Source: Desulfatiglandales bacterium
Lineage (GTDB): Bacteria; Desulfobacterota; DSM-4660; Desulfatiglandales; Desulfatiglandaceae
Direction: 5' to 3'
NCBI GenBank assembly: GCA_963662465.1
Contig: OY759599.1
Location: 2,848,001-2,912,000, forward strand
Length of the DNA stretch: 64,000 bases
How positions within the stretch are numbered: the stretch's first letter is position 1; the number at the start of each line of letters is the position of its first letter. A program made the translations under genes and the position numbers. Positions 30,249-41,297 of this stretch are shown piece by piece. The notes beneath the pieces were generated by a model that saw only the letters and a program-made list of their open reading frames with translations, was not told where the DNA came from and did no database searches.

Positions 30249-30644
30249 ATGGATAGAAAGCCACGATTTGTGATCGATTCAACGCTGAATGACCTGAAAC
30301 AGTATCTGCTGCAGGATGACAACACCTGCTTTGCCCTCATCTTTGGTTCGCATGCCAGGGGCCGGGCCAGACCCGACAGCGACCTGGATCTGGCGTTGTG
30401 TTTCCGTAATCCACCGCAGGGCCTTGCTTTGCTGGACATGATGAATACCCTGTCCAACATTGCTCAAAAGGAGGTTGATCTGGTGGTGCTGAATCGCGCT
30501 TCGGCGTTTTTGCGGCATCAAATCATCAAAGAGGGCATCCGTTTTTTAATCAAGGATTCGGTTGCATATCGTCGATTTCGAGAAAAAACCATGATCGATT
30601 TTGATATTTATCGATATGTCACGGGGTTATATCGATATGATTGA
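30249..30644 (+). CDS. MNT nucleotidyltransferase antitoxin (MntA-like)
   Basis: FGSHARG...SDLDLA motif. Confidence 0.85.
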   Translation: MDRKPRFVIDSTLNDLKQYLLQDDNTCFALIFGSHARGRARPDSDLDLALCFRNPPQGLALLDMMNTLSNIAQKEVDLVVLNRASAFLRHQIIKEGIRFLIKDSVAYRRFREKTMIDFDIYRYVTGLYRYD

Positions 30645-31080
30645 TCCACACTTATTGTCACGAAAGCTCAAACGGATTGAGCAATTTCTACGTGAGATGG
30701 AAACCGCCGATGTTCCCCCAACATTCGATGAATTCTCCAACAACACGGTCGTTAAGCGATTTGTTGAACGAAACATCGAACTGTCCATTGAGCAAATGAT
30801 CGACATCGGTCGTCATCTGGTTAGCGGGCTGGATCTTCAGGAGCCGGAAACCTATGCGGCCTGTTTTGAAATCTTGGGCAATGCCGATATTATTCCCAAA
30901 ACCTCTGTTGAAACATTCAAGGCCATGGCCCGTTATCGAAACTTAATCATTCATGGTTATGACGGTGTGGAAGACAGCATCACCTTCGGCATCTTCAAAA
31001 AGCGTTTAGGGGATTTCCGAACCTTTATCGGGTTTATTCGCCGGTATCTAAAGCGGCAAAGCCGCAGTTCTGAATATTAA
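30637..31080 (+). CDS. HEPN (DUF86/HepT-like) RNase toxin
   Basis: RNLIIHGY (RX4HXY). Overlaps the MNT gene. Confidence 0.88.
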   Translation: MIDPHLLSRKLKRIEQFLREMETADVPPTFDEFSNNTVVKRFVERNIELSIEQMIDIGRHLVSGLDLQEPETYAACFEILGNADIIPKTSVETFKAMARYRNLIIHGYDGVEDSITFGIFKKRLGDFRTFIGFIRRYLKRQSRSSEY

Positions 31081-31111
31081 CTTCTTCTGTGTAACCGAAA
31101 ACCGGATGAAT

Positions 31112-32791
31112 CTACCGGGTCAACTGCCGATATTTGATGCGGCGGGGAACCGCTGCGTCGGCGCCCAGTCGTTTTCGGCGATCCGCTTCATATTCCGTCC
31201 AGTTTCCCTGAAAAAAGACAACGCGACTGTCCCCCTCAAAAGCAAGAATATGGGTGGCGATACGGTCCAGAAACCACCTGTCATGACTAATGACCACCGC
31301 ACAACCGCCAAAATTAAGAAGGGCCTCTTCCAGGGCGCGCAAGGTATTCACGTCCAAGTCATTGGTGGGCTCATCCAGTAGCAGGACATTGGCTTCCTCC
31401 TTGAGCATCTTGGCCAGATGCACCCGGTTTCGCTGTCCTCCGGAAAGGACCCCCACCTTTCGCTGCTGTTCCGATCCCGAGAAGTTGAATCGCGCCACAT
31501 AGGCGCGGGAGTTAACCAGCTGAGTACCCAGTTGGAGCTGTTCGTTGCCCCCCGTAATTTCCTCCCAAATGGTTTTGTCGGCAGAAAGGGTACGACTCTG
31601 GTCCACATAGGCCATCCTGACCGTGTCCCCCAGGTGAATGGCGCCGCTATCAGGACTTTCACTGCCGATGATCATTTGAAACAGGGTGGTTTTTCCAGCG
31701 CCATTGGCGCCAATAATGCCTACAATTCCGCCGGGAGGCAGACTGAAGTTCATGTTTTCCATAAGCAACCGGCCATCGAACCCCTTGGTGACGTTTACGG
31801 CCTCAATGACCTGGTCCCCCAGACGGGGCCCCGGCGGAATAAAAAGCTCAAGGCTCTTTTCCTTTTCCCCCACCTCCTGGTTAAGCAGTTTGTCGTAGGC
31901 GCTGATGCGCGCCTGGCTCTTGGCGTGCCGCCCCTTGGGAGACATACGAATCCATTCCAGTTCGCGCTCCAAGGTTTTTTGTCTGGCCGTTTCAGTCTTT
32001 TCGTCTCGACGCAGGCGTTCCTGCTTCTGTTCCAGCCAGCTGGAGTAGTTCCCTTTCCAGGGTATGCCGCGCCCGCGGTCCAGTTCGAGTATCCAACCGG
32101 CCACGTTATCCAGAAAATACCGATCATGGGTGACCGCAATGACGGTTCCCGGATAGGTCTTCAGATGGTGTTCCAGCCAGGCCACACTCTCCGCATCCAG
32201 GTGGTTGGTGGGTTCATCCAACAGCAGGATGTCCGGTTTCTGAAGCAGCAGCCGGCACAGGGCCACCCGCCTTTTCTCTCCCCCCGACAGTACCTTCACG
32301 GACCTGTCCTCGGGCGGACAGCGCAACGCATCCATGGCCATTTCCAACCGTGCGTCTAGATCCCAGGCGTCAAGGGCATCCAGTTTCTCCTGAACATTGG
32401 CCTGTTTGTCAATGAGCTTTTCCATGGCGTCATCGTCCATGGGTTCAGCGAATGCCAGGTTGATCTCCTCGAACTCCCTGAGGGCCGCAACCGTTTCGTG
32501 GACGCCTTCTTCAACCACCTCTCGAACCGTCTTATCCACATCCACCAGCGGTTCCTGTTTCAGGTGACCCACGGTATATCCTTCGCTGAGGATCGTTTCT
32601 CCGCTGAAATCCGAATCTTCACCGGCCAGAATTCGCAACAACGAGCTTTTTCCAGAACCGTTCAGGCCCAGAACCCCAATCTTGGCGCCATGGAAATAGG
32701 ACAGGGAAATATCTTTTAATACCGGCTTTCGATCATAAAACTTACTGACCTTGAGCATTGAATAGATGACTTTATTGACATCGTTTGACAT
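31112..32791 (-). CDS. ettA: ABC-F translational throttle EttA
   Basis: Two ABC domains, ELEWIRMSPKGRHAKS, PPGPRLG. Confidence 0.95.
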   Translation of the reverse strand: MSNDVNKVIYSMLKVSKFYDRKPVLKDISLSYFHGAKIGVLGLNGSGKSSLLRILAGEDSDFSGETILSEGYTVGHLKQEPLVDVDKTVREVVEEGVHETVAALREFEEINLAFAEPMDDDAMEKLIDKQANVQEKLDALDAWDLDARLEMAMDALRCPPEDRSVKVLSGGEKRRVALCRLLLQKPDILLLDEPTNHLDAESVAWLEHHLKTYPGTVIAVTHDRYFLDNVAGWILELDRGRGIPWKGNYSSWLEQKQERLRRDEKTETARQKTLERELEWIRMSPKGRHAKSQARISAYDKLLNQEVGEKEKSLELFIPPGPRLGDQVIEAVNVTKGFDGRLLMENMNFSLPPGGIVGIIGANGAGKTTLFQMIIGSESPDSGAIHLGDTVRMAYVDQSRTLSADKTIWEEITGGNEQLQLGTQLVNSRAYVARFNFSGSEQQRKVGVLSGGQRNRVHLAKMLKEEANVLLLDEPTNDLDVNTLRALEEALLNFGGCAVVISHDRWFLDRIATHILAFEGDSRVVFFQGNWTEYEADRRKRLGADAAVPRRIKYRQLTR

Positions 32792-32879
32792 GGGTGGAAC
32801 CCTCCAGTGAAATTTCCTATTTTAAATGGATTAACATAAGGCCTTGGCTAATAGGCTGTCCCGCCTTGTTTCCGCCCCA

Positions 32880-33506
32880 TTAGCGCCCTTTCAAAACCGC
32901 GTAAACATCCCGAAGGATTTGTTCCGAAACTTCCCCCATGGCCAGGCTCATGGTCTCAGCGAGCCCCCTGGGATGCTCATCCTTGCAGGCCCGGGTCACC
33001 CGATAGGATTTCTGCAATAAAACCCGTTTGCTGACATCCGGCTCCTTTGCCGCCACCAGCGTAATACTCAATCCCAACACCGCATCCCACCCTTCGGGCG
33101 CATCCCATTCAAAAAATTCATCCACGGAGCCCTCCAGGGCGTAAGAAGCCGCCAGATTGCTTTTATAGGTAAATACGGCTTTAAAAAGCCCCGAGTCCCT
33201 AAGGTCCCGCGCCAGGAAATAAGTGGTGATATCTCCCGGATTTCCAATCCATTTGGAGTACACATACTCATCCCGTTTGAAGGAGTGATCGCGATAAATC
33301 ATTCGATTGGAATCATATTCGGGCGCCACCCCGAAACGATCTACCCGCAGCACCGCCTTAAGGGGCGTCAGGCCTTTTATTTCCGGAACAGTGTATTCGA
33401 GGGTAAAATGATGGATCTTCGGTTTCGGCTTTTTCAAGGCGGAACACCCCGCTAAACACAGAAGACCACATAAAAACAAAACCGGAATTTTTCGCTGATT
33501 CAACAT
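32880..33506 (-). CDS. ABC transport auxiliary lipoprotein (PqiC-like)
   Basis: Lipobox LAGC. Last gene of the MCE operon. Confidence 0.75.
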   Translation of the reverse strand: MLNQRKIPVLFLCGLLCLAGCSALKKPKPKIHHFTLEYTVPEIKGLTPLKAVLRVDRFGVAPEYDSNRMIYRDHSFKRDEYVYSKWIGNPGDITTYFLARDLRDSGLFKAVFTYKSNLAASYALEGSVDEFFEWDAPEGWDAVLGLSITLVAAKEPDVSKRVLLQKSYRVTRACKDEHPRGLAETMSLAMGEVSEQILRDVYAVLKGR

Positions 33507-33518
33507 GGAAAGCCTCCT

Positions 33519-34535
33519 TTATTGTTCATGTCCCCCCAGCTCCAAGGCTCGAGGTTCGGACGGCTCCCCGAATATCAATTGCGAAGGGCTGTCGGACAAA
33601 GTTTCAAGGAAACGGTTCAGGTGATCCGTTGCCCGCTCCAGGTTCTGCGCACTCAAGAGCAGTTGCGCTTTGAGTCGATTCATGGCGTCATCCGTGGTCG
33701 TAATTAGAGCGGCGCTCTTTTCAAGCAAATGGTTGGTGTTGACCATGGCCTTTTTAAGGTCCAGAACGACCTCTGAAACCGATTCCTCGTTTTTGGCCAC
33801 AAACCCATCGAGTCGAACCAGGGTCCGATCCACCTGGCCCAGGCTGTTTCCGGCTTTTCCCATCAAATCATCAAGGGATTTCGCCGCATGGTCCACCGAA
33901 CCGAGAATGGTTGCCCATTTCCGGCTTTTCAGAATCTGATCCGCACTGATGAGAGATGACTGCAATTTTGTTGAAATGCCCTTGACATCCGCATCCACCA
34001 TGATGAGGTTCGCATTATCCAGGGTTAATTTCAATTTATCAGAAATCCCCTGAAGATCAATGGACTTAAAATGATTCAACACATCATCCAGGCCCCTGAG
34101 CAACCGGTTGATTTCAGAAGGTTTTGATCCCACAACAGGGTATTCGGAGGGAAAAGAAAGCACCGCGGACTGATCAGGCTCACCCCTCTTTTTGCGATCC
34201 AGTTCAACCAGCATGCTTCCGGTAATGCCAACGTTTTTGAGTTGCGCCACAATGCTCTGGTCCAGGCTCTGCCCGGATTCAATTTTGAGGACCACCTGGA
34301 TCAGCTTAGAATCCGGGGCCACCCCAATGCTCTCCACCCGACCAATGGACACCCCCCTGTATTTCACGGGGGAATCCTTTTTCAGTCCCTGAACGGATTC
34401 GTTAAAATAGGTCGCATAAAACCGCCCTTTTTCAAAATACCGGGACATGCCCAACCAGACAATGGCCAGGACACTGATGGTCAGGCCGCAGATCACAAAC
34501 AGCCCCACGGTAAATTTCGCTTTTTTGGATGCCAT
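33519..34535 (-). CDS. MCE/MlaD-family protein
   Basis: ESVQGL...SPVKYRGVSIGRV plus helical tail. Confidence 0.9.
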   Translation of the reverse strand: MASKKAKFTVGLFVICGLTISVLAIVWLGMSRYFEKGRFYATYFNESVQGLKKDSPVKYRGVSIGRVESIGVAPDSKLIQVVLKIESGQSLDQSIVAQLKNVGITGSMLVELDRKKRGEPDQSAVLSFPSEYPVVGSKPSEINRLLRGLDDVLNHFKSIDLQGISDKLKLTLDNANLIMVDADVKGISTKLQSSLISADQILKSRKWATILGSVDHAAKSLDDLMGKAGNSLGQVDRTLVRLDGFVAKNEESVSEVVLDLKKAMVNTNHLLEKSAALITTTDDAMNRLKAQLLLSAQNLERATDHLNRFLETLSDSPSQLIFGEPSEPRALELGGHEQ

Positions 34536-34555
34536 ACAAAAAATCCCTTTTTCAA

Positions 34556-35305
34556 TCAGGCCCGTCGGTTAAAAAACTGTTGAACAAAGGCGTTCTGGCT
34601 GTTGTCCCGAAGATACCTGGGATCTCCTTCGGCGATCATCCCCTTTGCTTTCTTATCGAGCATGATAATCCTCGAGGCCACGGTAAAAATGCTCTCCAGC
34701 TCATGGGTAACAATGACCATGGTAGTGCCGAGAGTTCGGTTTAAATGAAGCAACAGGTTGTCCAGCTCCGCCGACGTAACCGGATCCAAACCCGCGGAAG
34801 GCTCATCAAAAAAAAGGATTCTTGGATTCAAGGCCATGGCCCTTGCCAACCCCGCCCTTTTTTTCATACCGCCGCTTAGCTCAGAGGGCAGAAAATTTCC
34901 ATAACCTTCCAGGTTGACCAAACCCAGCTTCATCTTGACCAGCATGTCCACCGCATCCTTTTTCAGGGAGGTATATTCCTCGATGGGGAGCGCTACATTT
35001 TGCGCCACGGTCATGGAACCGAACAGGGCCGCACTCTGATAAAGAACGCCGATTTTTCTCAGAACTTTTTTCAAGACCCTTTCGTTGTCAACGGATACCT
35101 CATCACCGTCAACCATAATTCGACCGGCACGGGGACGCAGCAGGCCGATGATGGTTTTCAGCAATGTACTTTTGCCGCAACCGCTGCCGCCAAGGATAAC
35201 AAAAATTTCCCCTTCATAAACGTCGAAAGAAACATTTCTGAAAATGACGGCATCCCCATATCCCGCCTCAAGGTCCTTTACTTCTATAATGGCTTTTCTA
35301 CCCAT
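34556..35305 (-). CDS. MlaF-like ABC ATPase
   Basis: GGSGCGKST, LSGGMKKR, FDEPSAGLDP. Confidence 0.9.
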   Translation of the reverse strand: MGRKAIIEVKDLEAGYGDAVIFRNVSFDVYEGEIFVILGGSGCGKSTLLKTIIGLLRPRAGRIMVDGDEVSVDNERVLKKVLRKIGVLYQSAALFGSMTVAQNVALPIEEYTSLKKDAVDMLVKMKLGLVNLEGYGNFLPSELSGGMKKRAGLARAMALNPRILFFDEPSAGLDPVTSAELDNLLLHLNRTLGTTMVIVTHELESIFTVASRIIMLDKKAKGMIAEGDPRYLRDNSQNAFVQQFFNRRA

Positions 35306-35315
35306 CAATTTTATT

Positions 35316-36461
35316 TTACTCGCAGTAGCGAAGAATTACCGAAAAAATAGAATCAAAAAGGATGATCAGAAAGATACTGCTGACCACCGCCGATGTGGTA
35401 GCCTGACCCACGGAGGCGGCGCCGCCCCTCACCTGAAATCCCCTGAGGCATCCCACATAGGTAATGATCAACCCAAAAACGCCACTCTTAAAAACTCCCC
35501 AGAACACATCAAAAAGGGTCAGGGTGTGAATGGTCTGGGCCATATAGGCCCCCGCGGTAAGATCCAGCATAAAAACACCCACCAGCAAACCTCCCGCGAT
35601 GGCGGCAATATCTGAAAAGAGGGTCAAAATCGGAACCATGACGACGGCTGCAATGAGTTTGGGAATCACCAGGAACCCAACGGGATCAAAGCCCATGGTA
35701 AACAGGGCATCGACTTCCTCGGAAATTTTCATGGTGCCGATTTCCGCCGCAAAGGCCGATCCGGATCTGCCGGCCACAATAATCGCCGTCATAATGGGCC
35801 CCAGTTCGCGAGTCATGGAAAGGCTCACCAGGGATGCCACATAAATGTTTGCACCGAATTGTTCCAGCTGAACCGAAGACATGAACGCCATGATCAGCCC
35901 CATGAGAAAGCTGATGAGGGCCACAATGGGCAGACCATCCACTCCGGTCCTTTGCATGTATTCCATGGTGTCTTCGGTTCGAAGGATTCTGGGGTGCGCC
36001 AGGTGGTGACCCAGGGAGAAGGCGATATCGCCGATAAAAGAGATGGCGTATTTCAGGTCTGCAACGATATTCAGGGTATTTTCGCCCATTCGAACGAAAA
36101 TCCCCTGCCGGCGTTTTTTTTCAAAGGGAGTATTTTTCAGCAAAGAATCAAATTTGAGGAACAGAAGCATTTCCTTGATCTTTTTACTGGGATGAAGCAG
36201 ATGAAAATCGCCATTTGCTTTCACGGCGGATTTACGCAACTCAACCAGCACCAGGGTTCCGAAGTCATCCAGATAGGTCACGTTTTCCAAATCAACCGTG
36301 ATATTGCCGGATGACTTGTCGGAAAAATACTGGGACAACGCTTCGATCAGCGCGCCGGCATTGTCCGAATCCATTCGCCCATTAAAACAGATAGTCGTGC
36401 CGTCTTCTGCATTTTTGGAAATCGTGTAAGGGACAGGGGTTGTGGTATTGGCGGTATTCAT
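35316..36461 (-). CDS. STAS plus MlaE-family permease
   Basis: RELGP, GRSGSAFAAEIGTM. N-terminal STAS-like domain. Confidence 0.9.
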   Translation of the reverse strand: MNTANTTTPVPYTISKNAEDGTTICFNGRMDSDNAGALIEALSQYFSDKSSGNITVDLENVTYLDDFGTLVLVELRKSAVKANGDFHLLHPSKKIKEMLLFLKFDSLLKNTPFEKKRRQGIFVRMGENTLNIVADLKYAISFIGDIAFSLGHHLAHPRILRTEDTMEYMQRTGVDGLPIVALISFLMGLIMAFMSSVQLEQFGANIYVASLVSLSMTRELGPIMTAIIVAGRSGSAFAAEIGTMKISEEVDALFTMGFDPVGFLVIPKLIAAVVMVPILTLFSDIAAIAGGLLVGVFMLDLTAGAYMAQTIHTLTLFDVFWGVFKSGVFGLIITYVGCLRGFQVRGGAASVGQATTSAVVSSIFLIILFDSIFSVILRYCE

Positions 36462-36473
36462 GAATTCAAATTT

Positions 36474-37784
36474 TCAGGACCCGTCAAAGGGAAGATGTTT
36501 CAGATCATCCTCATTTACATTGTATTTTTCCTTGAGCTTTTCATCATCGACCTGAAAAATCAGCCAACCTAAGGGGACACCGTCTTTTTCCATCTCAAAA
36601 GCCATTTCAACGGCCTTGCTTCCCATGGGATTCTGCTCCGTGACGCGATAAAGGGTCAGGACACTGTAGGGCCTGCTATCGCTTTGATCGAACGGAATGC
36701 CGGAATAACTGTTATTCACCATCTTTTCAGCATCAAACCCGGGCAATATAGAGTAGGCTTCGAATACTTTCTTGTTTTCATCCAGCAACACCAACCCGTT
36801 ATAGGGAATCGAAACGCCTTTTTGAACATCCAGAAACCCTTTGATGACCTCTTTCGTTTTCGCCCTGTCCCTTGCTCGAAAAGGCTCCGCCAGAAAAGAT
36901 TGCAGCATTTTGAAGGTAACCGACAAATCATCCCTGAATTGACGTTTTCTGGAATCGGTAATTTTGTAGCCCTTTGAAAAGTAGGGGTAACCCAAAAGTA
37001 TCCCCGTTGCAAACAACGCCAGAAGCACAATTGAGGGAATCAACCAGCGTCGCGTGCGCTTATAGCGTCTCTCCAGATTTTCGACCGATGTGACATCTCT
37101 GCCGACGGACAACAAGCCTCGAAAATTATGCTGCCCATCATAGAGCGCCGTTATACTGGTGGAAACAAAGCAGATTCCCTTTTCAGGGTGTTTGAATTGC
37201 AAAATCTTTTCTTGAATGGCATTGCCGGCCTTAAGCTCTTCAAGGAGGTTTTGATAGATATGCGCATTATCGTAGATTTCTTCGGCTGGTCGGTTGCGCA
37301 TCTGCGTCTCGCCCCTGCCGTAGAGTTTTTCAGCCGCGGCGTTCCATGATGAGATGTTCCCCTCCTTATCAACCAGGATCACCGCATCGGGAAGCTGGTC
37401 GCAGACTTCCCGAAAACCGAACAGGGTCTGACTGGTGGCATCCAGACGCTTTGCCAGAAACTTCGCAACCACCGTAACCACTTCCGGAAATTCTTTCAGG
37501 AAGGTGTTCACATTTTCTTTGGGAATGCGAATCGCCTTTACATCGGTCATGGCCTTTACCGTGGCCGTTCTTTTTTCTCCCAAAAGGAAGGACATTTCAC
37601 CGAACACAACCCCTTCCTTGGTAATATCGGCAATCTTTTTTGTCCCTTTGAGGATATCCAACTTCCCTGAAACCAAGACATAGATATCCTGGGAATCGTC
37701 TCCTTCAAAAAACAGGGTCTCACCTGTTTTGAAAAAGACAAAATATTTTTCTAATTCAGGGTTATAAATGATACCATCCAGCAT
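36474..37784 (-). CDS. cNMP-binding plus PAS domain membrane protein
   Basis: FGEMSFL...RTATV, PAS WNAAAEKLYG, one TM helix. Confidence 0.8.
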   Translation of the reverse strand: MLDGIIYNPELEKYFVFFKTGETLFFEGDDSQDIYVLVSGKLDILKGTKKIADITKEGVVFGEMSFLLGEKRTATVKAMTDVKAIRIPKENVNTFLKEFPEVVTVVAKFLAKRLDATSQTLFGFREVCDQLPDAVILVDKEGNISSWNAAAEKLYGRGETQMRNRPAEEIYDNAHIYQNLLEELKAGNAIQEKILQFKHPEKGICFVSTSITALYDGQHNFRGLLSVGRDVTSVENLERRYKRTRRWLIPSIVLLALFATGILLGYPYFSKGYKITDSRKRQFRDDLSVTFKMLQSFLAEPFRARDRAKTKEVIKGFLDVQKGVSIPYNGLVLLDENKKVFEAYSILPGFDAEKMVNNSYSGIPFDQSDSRPYSVLTLYRVTEQNPMGSKAVEMAFEMEKDGVPLGWLIFQVDDEKLKEKYNVNEDDLKHLPFDGS

Positions 37785-37961
37785 AAAATATTCACCAAAA
37801 TATTTGATTTGATTTCAGTATATCCGCAAGGCAAATTTTCGTCAAGCGATTGCGTGGTCCGGCAGCAATGCTTATTCCTCGTCCGAAATATTCCTTCGGA
37901 AGGAGAATTACCGGCAATTCAGACCTCAGAATACATGAAATCTTTGCATCCTGTTAGACGC

Positions 37962-39794
37962 TTACCGTGAATACAGGGGAAGATAAACAACAAAGGTGGT
38001 CAGTCCATTTTCAGATCGGATCTCTATTTTTCCACTGAGCAACCGCAAAATTCGGTAAGTAATATAGAGACCGCGGCCTTCACCAGCCCCTTCAAGGGTC
38101 TTCAACCGATCCTGTTCCGACATTTCGCCGCTGTTGGTGATTTCCACACAGGCCCATGAGTTCAGAGCATAGGTCCGAACCGCCAGGATGCCCCCTTTCA
38201 AGGGGATAGCCTTAGTGGCGTTGTTCAACAGATTGTCAAAAACCCTTTCAATCTGGACTGAATGGCATTTAACCCTCAAATCCCGGTCGTAGGGGCCCTG
38301 TTTTAATCTCACATTCTGCCGGAACTGCTCTTTAATGGCCTCTCGGTTGATCTCAAACCTGGCCTGAACCACACTGGAAAAATCGACAACCTGTTCTTCC
38401 CCCACCGCATAAACACCCATGGCCAGTTCCTGAAGTCGACCGGTTTCTTCCAGGAGGATCTCCACATATTTTCGAATTTGTTCTCTGTACAATTCCAGAT
38501 CGTCTTTTTGAATCAAGGATTGTAAGCGCCGCGCAAATCCCGCCGTAGCAATGGCCGGATTCTTAAAATCATGAAGGGCATCGTCCAGTTGCTCCATCTT
38601 TTGGGCCTTCATCAGTTCCCGTCCCAGAAAAAGGAGAATGGCAATCTCCTCTTCCCGGTATCTTTTTCGATAATCTAGGGCATCAAATGTCATAAAGTGC
38701 GTCACTTCGCCGGCGACTTTAAGGGGAATAAACAGGATCGAATTAATGCCATGACATCGGGCAAACCGCTTGTTGTTTTCAGACATGAGGGTACTTCGCT
38801 GAACATCAACAATCAGGATATAAAACGGGGTGACCTCTTCATATGTAGAATCTCCGGAATAATCCCTGAGATTCAAAAGCAATTCATAAACAGGCTCACT
38901 GTTAACCGGCACCGCCTTCCCCACGGAATGGTAGCCGCCAATGACCGGAAATCCGGCCTGGAGGACAACCCGGTCCAGGGCACGGCCTACCGAAAAAAGA
39001 GCGCAGCTCTGAAGGTCCACCATATCCGCCAGTTCCGGAACCACCTGGTTGAAAACCTCCGCAAGCTTCACTCCGCCGCGGGTTCCCATCTTAAGAAAAA
39101 TATGATTTACAATGGCCTCCCGCTTTTCAGCAATTCGGTTCAAGCTCAATATTTTTTTGTGCGCAATGACAAAACTAAGCCGCTTGGCCATGGTGGTAGC
39201 CGTGCGAATTTCAAGAGAACTGAATTTTCGTTCTCTATCTGCGTAATAAATTTGAATCACCCCCAGGGTATCCCGTTCCCGGGGAAAGAACCGTGGAATT
39301 TCAAAGGGAATGGCCATCAGGGAATGCAGACCTTTTTCAACGATAACCTGTTTATTGTGATAACGCGCCTCTTCAAACAAATTGGGACTGAAGTAGGCTT
39401 GACGTGTTCGCAATACCTCTCCGACAATGCTGTCCTCAAGGGGAACGGACGTTTCTCGCGACGCTTCCCTTGAAGGATACGATCCGTAGGAAAGCATCTG
39501 TTCGGTTTTAGGATCATATATCCGCACGGAAGCCTGGGTGGCCCCCAGGAAAGAAACCATGTGACAGGTGGCTTTTTCAAGGATCTCCCGCTCCGGCAAA
39601 TCCGGATCAATATCAACAATTTCATCAATCTTCTGAATAAACCGTCCCAGAAATTCCGTGAGGACATTCTCTTCGATCCACTGGTTGAAATGCACCCTGA
39701 ATTCCGCATCTTCAGGCAAATTCTTGGCCCACGGTTCGTGCCGGATATCCCTGATCAGACTCTCCAATCCCGTCAACATATAAGGCGCTCTCAT
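37962..39794 (-). CDS. GAF-domain sensor histidine kinase
   Basis: HDFKNP, NLLNNA, GRGLY. Start codon uncertain. Confidence 0.8.
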   Translation of the reverse strand: MRAPYMLTGLESLIRDIRHEPWAKNLPEDAEFRVHFNQWIEENVLTEFLGRFIQKIDEIVDIDPDLPEREILEKATCHMVSFLGATQASVRIYDPKTEQMLSYGSYPSREASRETSVPLEDSIVGEVLRTRQAYFSPNLFEEARYHNKQVIVEKGLHSLMAIPFEIPRFFPRERDTLGVIQIYYADRERKFSSLEIRTATTMAKRLSFVIAHKKILSLNRIAEKREAIVNHIFLKMGTRGGVKLAEVFNQVVPELADMVDLQSCALFSVGRALDRVVLQAGFPVIGGYHSVGKAVPVNSEPVYELLLNLRDYSGDSTYEEVTPFYILIVDVQRSTLMSENNKRFARCHGINSILFIPLKVAGEVTHFMTFDALDYRKRYREEEIAILLFLGRELMKAQKMEQLDDALHDFKNPAIATAGFARRLQSLIQKDDLELYREQIRKYVEILLEETGRLQELAMGVYAVGEEQVVDFSSVVQARFEINREAIKEQFRQNVRLKQGPYDRDLRVKCHSVQIERVFDNLLNNATKAIPLKGGILAVRTYALNSWACVEITNSGEMSEQDRLKTLEGAGEGRGLYITYRILRLLSGKIEIRSENGLTTFVVYLPLYSR

Positions 39795-40047
39795 CGTAAA
39801 ATAAGGTTGAAATAATTCGCGCCAAAATAGCAAATACCCCTTGGCAAGTCAAGGGCAGACGCACTGGGAATGCTCTTTATAGCGATTTTTCTAATGGCAT
39901 TTTTTAGGGATAGAAGGTAATTGCCGGACGCTAAACAAGCCCTTGACCCCAATACCCGCCTATGGTAGATTGAATTGGAGATGATAGTCATATGAACAAC
40001 ACCCTTTACTGTGGGGCATTTTGCCAGGTGTGCCGCTTTCCATGCCT

Positions 40048-40446
40048 ATGAATATCAGAAAATCCTTTAAAATACTTGAGATTAGCATAAACGCCACCGA
40101 GAAGGAAGCCAGGCAGGCTTACAAAGACCTGGTTGCCGTCTGGCACCCCGACCGCTTTTCCCATAACCCCCGGCTCAAAAGAAAAGCGGAGGAAAAGTTG
40201 AAGGAAGCCAATCTTGCCTACGAAACAGCGAAGGACTTCTTTTCCACCACCAGGAACGCCGGACATACCAAATCCTCTGGCGCACCACCCGAAATCAGCA
40301 AAACGGAACTTGCCGCGGAACTGGGAACCGGCGCTGTTTTGACCCTGTGGTCTTACCTCTCGGATAAAATCAACCACGCCTTGATTGACGAAAGCGTTAA
40401 GGGGTCAAATGAAAAAAAAAGAACTGGAAAACGTAAAGAAAGTTGA
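40048..40446 (+). CDS. J-domain protein
   Basis: WHPDRF (HPD motif). Confidence 0.85.
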   Translation: MNIRKSFKILEISINATEKEARQAYKDLVAVWHPDRFSHNPRLKRKAEEKLKEANLAYETAKDFFSTTRNAGHTKSSGAPPEISKTELAAELGTGAVLTLWSYLSDKINHALIDESVKGSNEKKRTGKRKES

Positions 40447-40508
40447 GGTTCATGTTTTCAGGTGATATGATGCCAAGCATATTTCGGAGTCAACATAAGG
40501 GAGCAGAC

Positions 40509-40811
40509 ATGAAGAACAGCTATAAAACCACCGTATTTATTTTACTCACATCTTTGGCGCTTTTTTCATTTCAAGGGTCCTCGGCCCTAGCCCAGGAAAA
40601 CCTTCAGGAACTGGATGACAAGGGAGGGTACATGATCGGAGATCTCGTCGTCATGAGACCCCTGGGTATTGCCGCCACCGCGGTGGGCGCTGTTGCCTAT
40701 GTGATTTCCCTTCCCTTTTCCCTGGCGGGGGGAAACGAAGCGGAAGCCAGGCAAAAACTCATTCTCGAACCTGCGGGATATACGTTCAGGAGACCCTTGG
40801 GCGATTTCTAA
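40509..40811 (+). CDS. Small exported/membrane hypothetical protein
   Basis: RBS, signal peptide, RPLG...TFRRPLG motif. Confidence 0.7.
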   Translation: MKNSYKTTVFILLTSLALFSFQGSSALAQENLQELDDKGGYMIGDLVVMRPLGIAATAVGAVAYVISLPFSLAGGNEAEARQKLILEPAGYTFRRPLGDF

Positions 40812-40829
40812 GACGGCAAGCTGCGGTTT

Positions 40830-41249
40830 TTAGTTTCTTTCGAACGCCCTTATCCGCCGGCTCAGGGTCTGCAGCAATTCGATGGCAACGGAAGGATATT
40901 TTTTAATTTCATCCCTGAAATTCCATTGATCCAGGGAAAGGACCTCTGTATCCATCTGTGCCACAACACTCGCCGTCCGAACATAATCATCGATCAGGGC
41001 CATTTCGCCGAAATAGGTATCAGGCGCAAGCCGCCTCAAAAACATTTCCGAAGAACCGCCTAAGCCTTTTATGACCGCAACTTCCCCTGAAACAATCACA
41101 AACAATCTGCCATCCCTGGCGCCCTCGTTGATAATAACATCCCCTTTTTTATAGAGATGCCGTTGGGTCAACTTCGCCAATCGCCGAAGATCCCGCTTCT
41201 TCATCAGAGAAAAAAGAGCAATTTTTGACAGTATATCAACATCATCCAT
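40830..41249 (-). CDS. Stand-alone cyclic-nucleotide-binding protein
   Basis: FGEMALID...RTASV. Confidence 0.88.
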   Translation of the reverse strand: MDDVDILSKIALFSLMKKRDLRRLAKLTQRHLYKKGDVIINEGARDGRLFVIVSGEVAVIKGLGGSSEMFLRRLAPDTYFGEMALIDDYVRTASVVAQMDTEVLSLDQWNFRDEIKKYPSVAIELLQTLSRRIRAFERN

Positions 41250-41297
41250 TAAAAAAACAGGCTCCGGAAAAATGGTTATGGTCTTTGGTTGCTTCGC

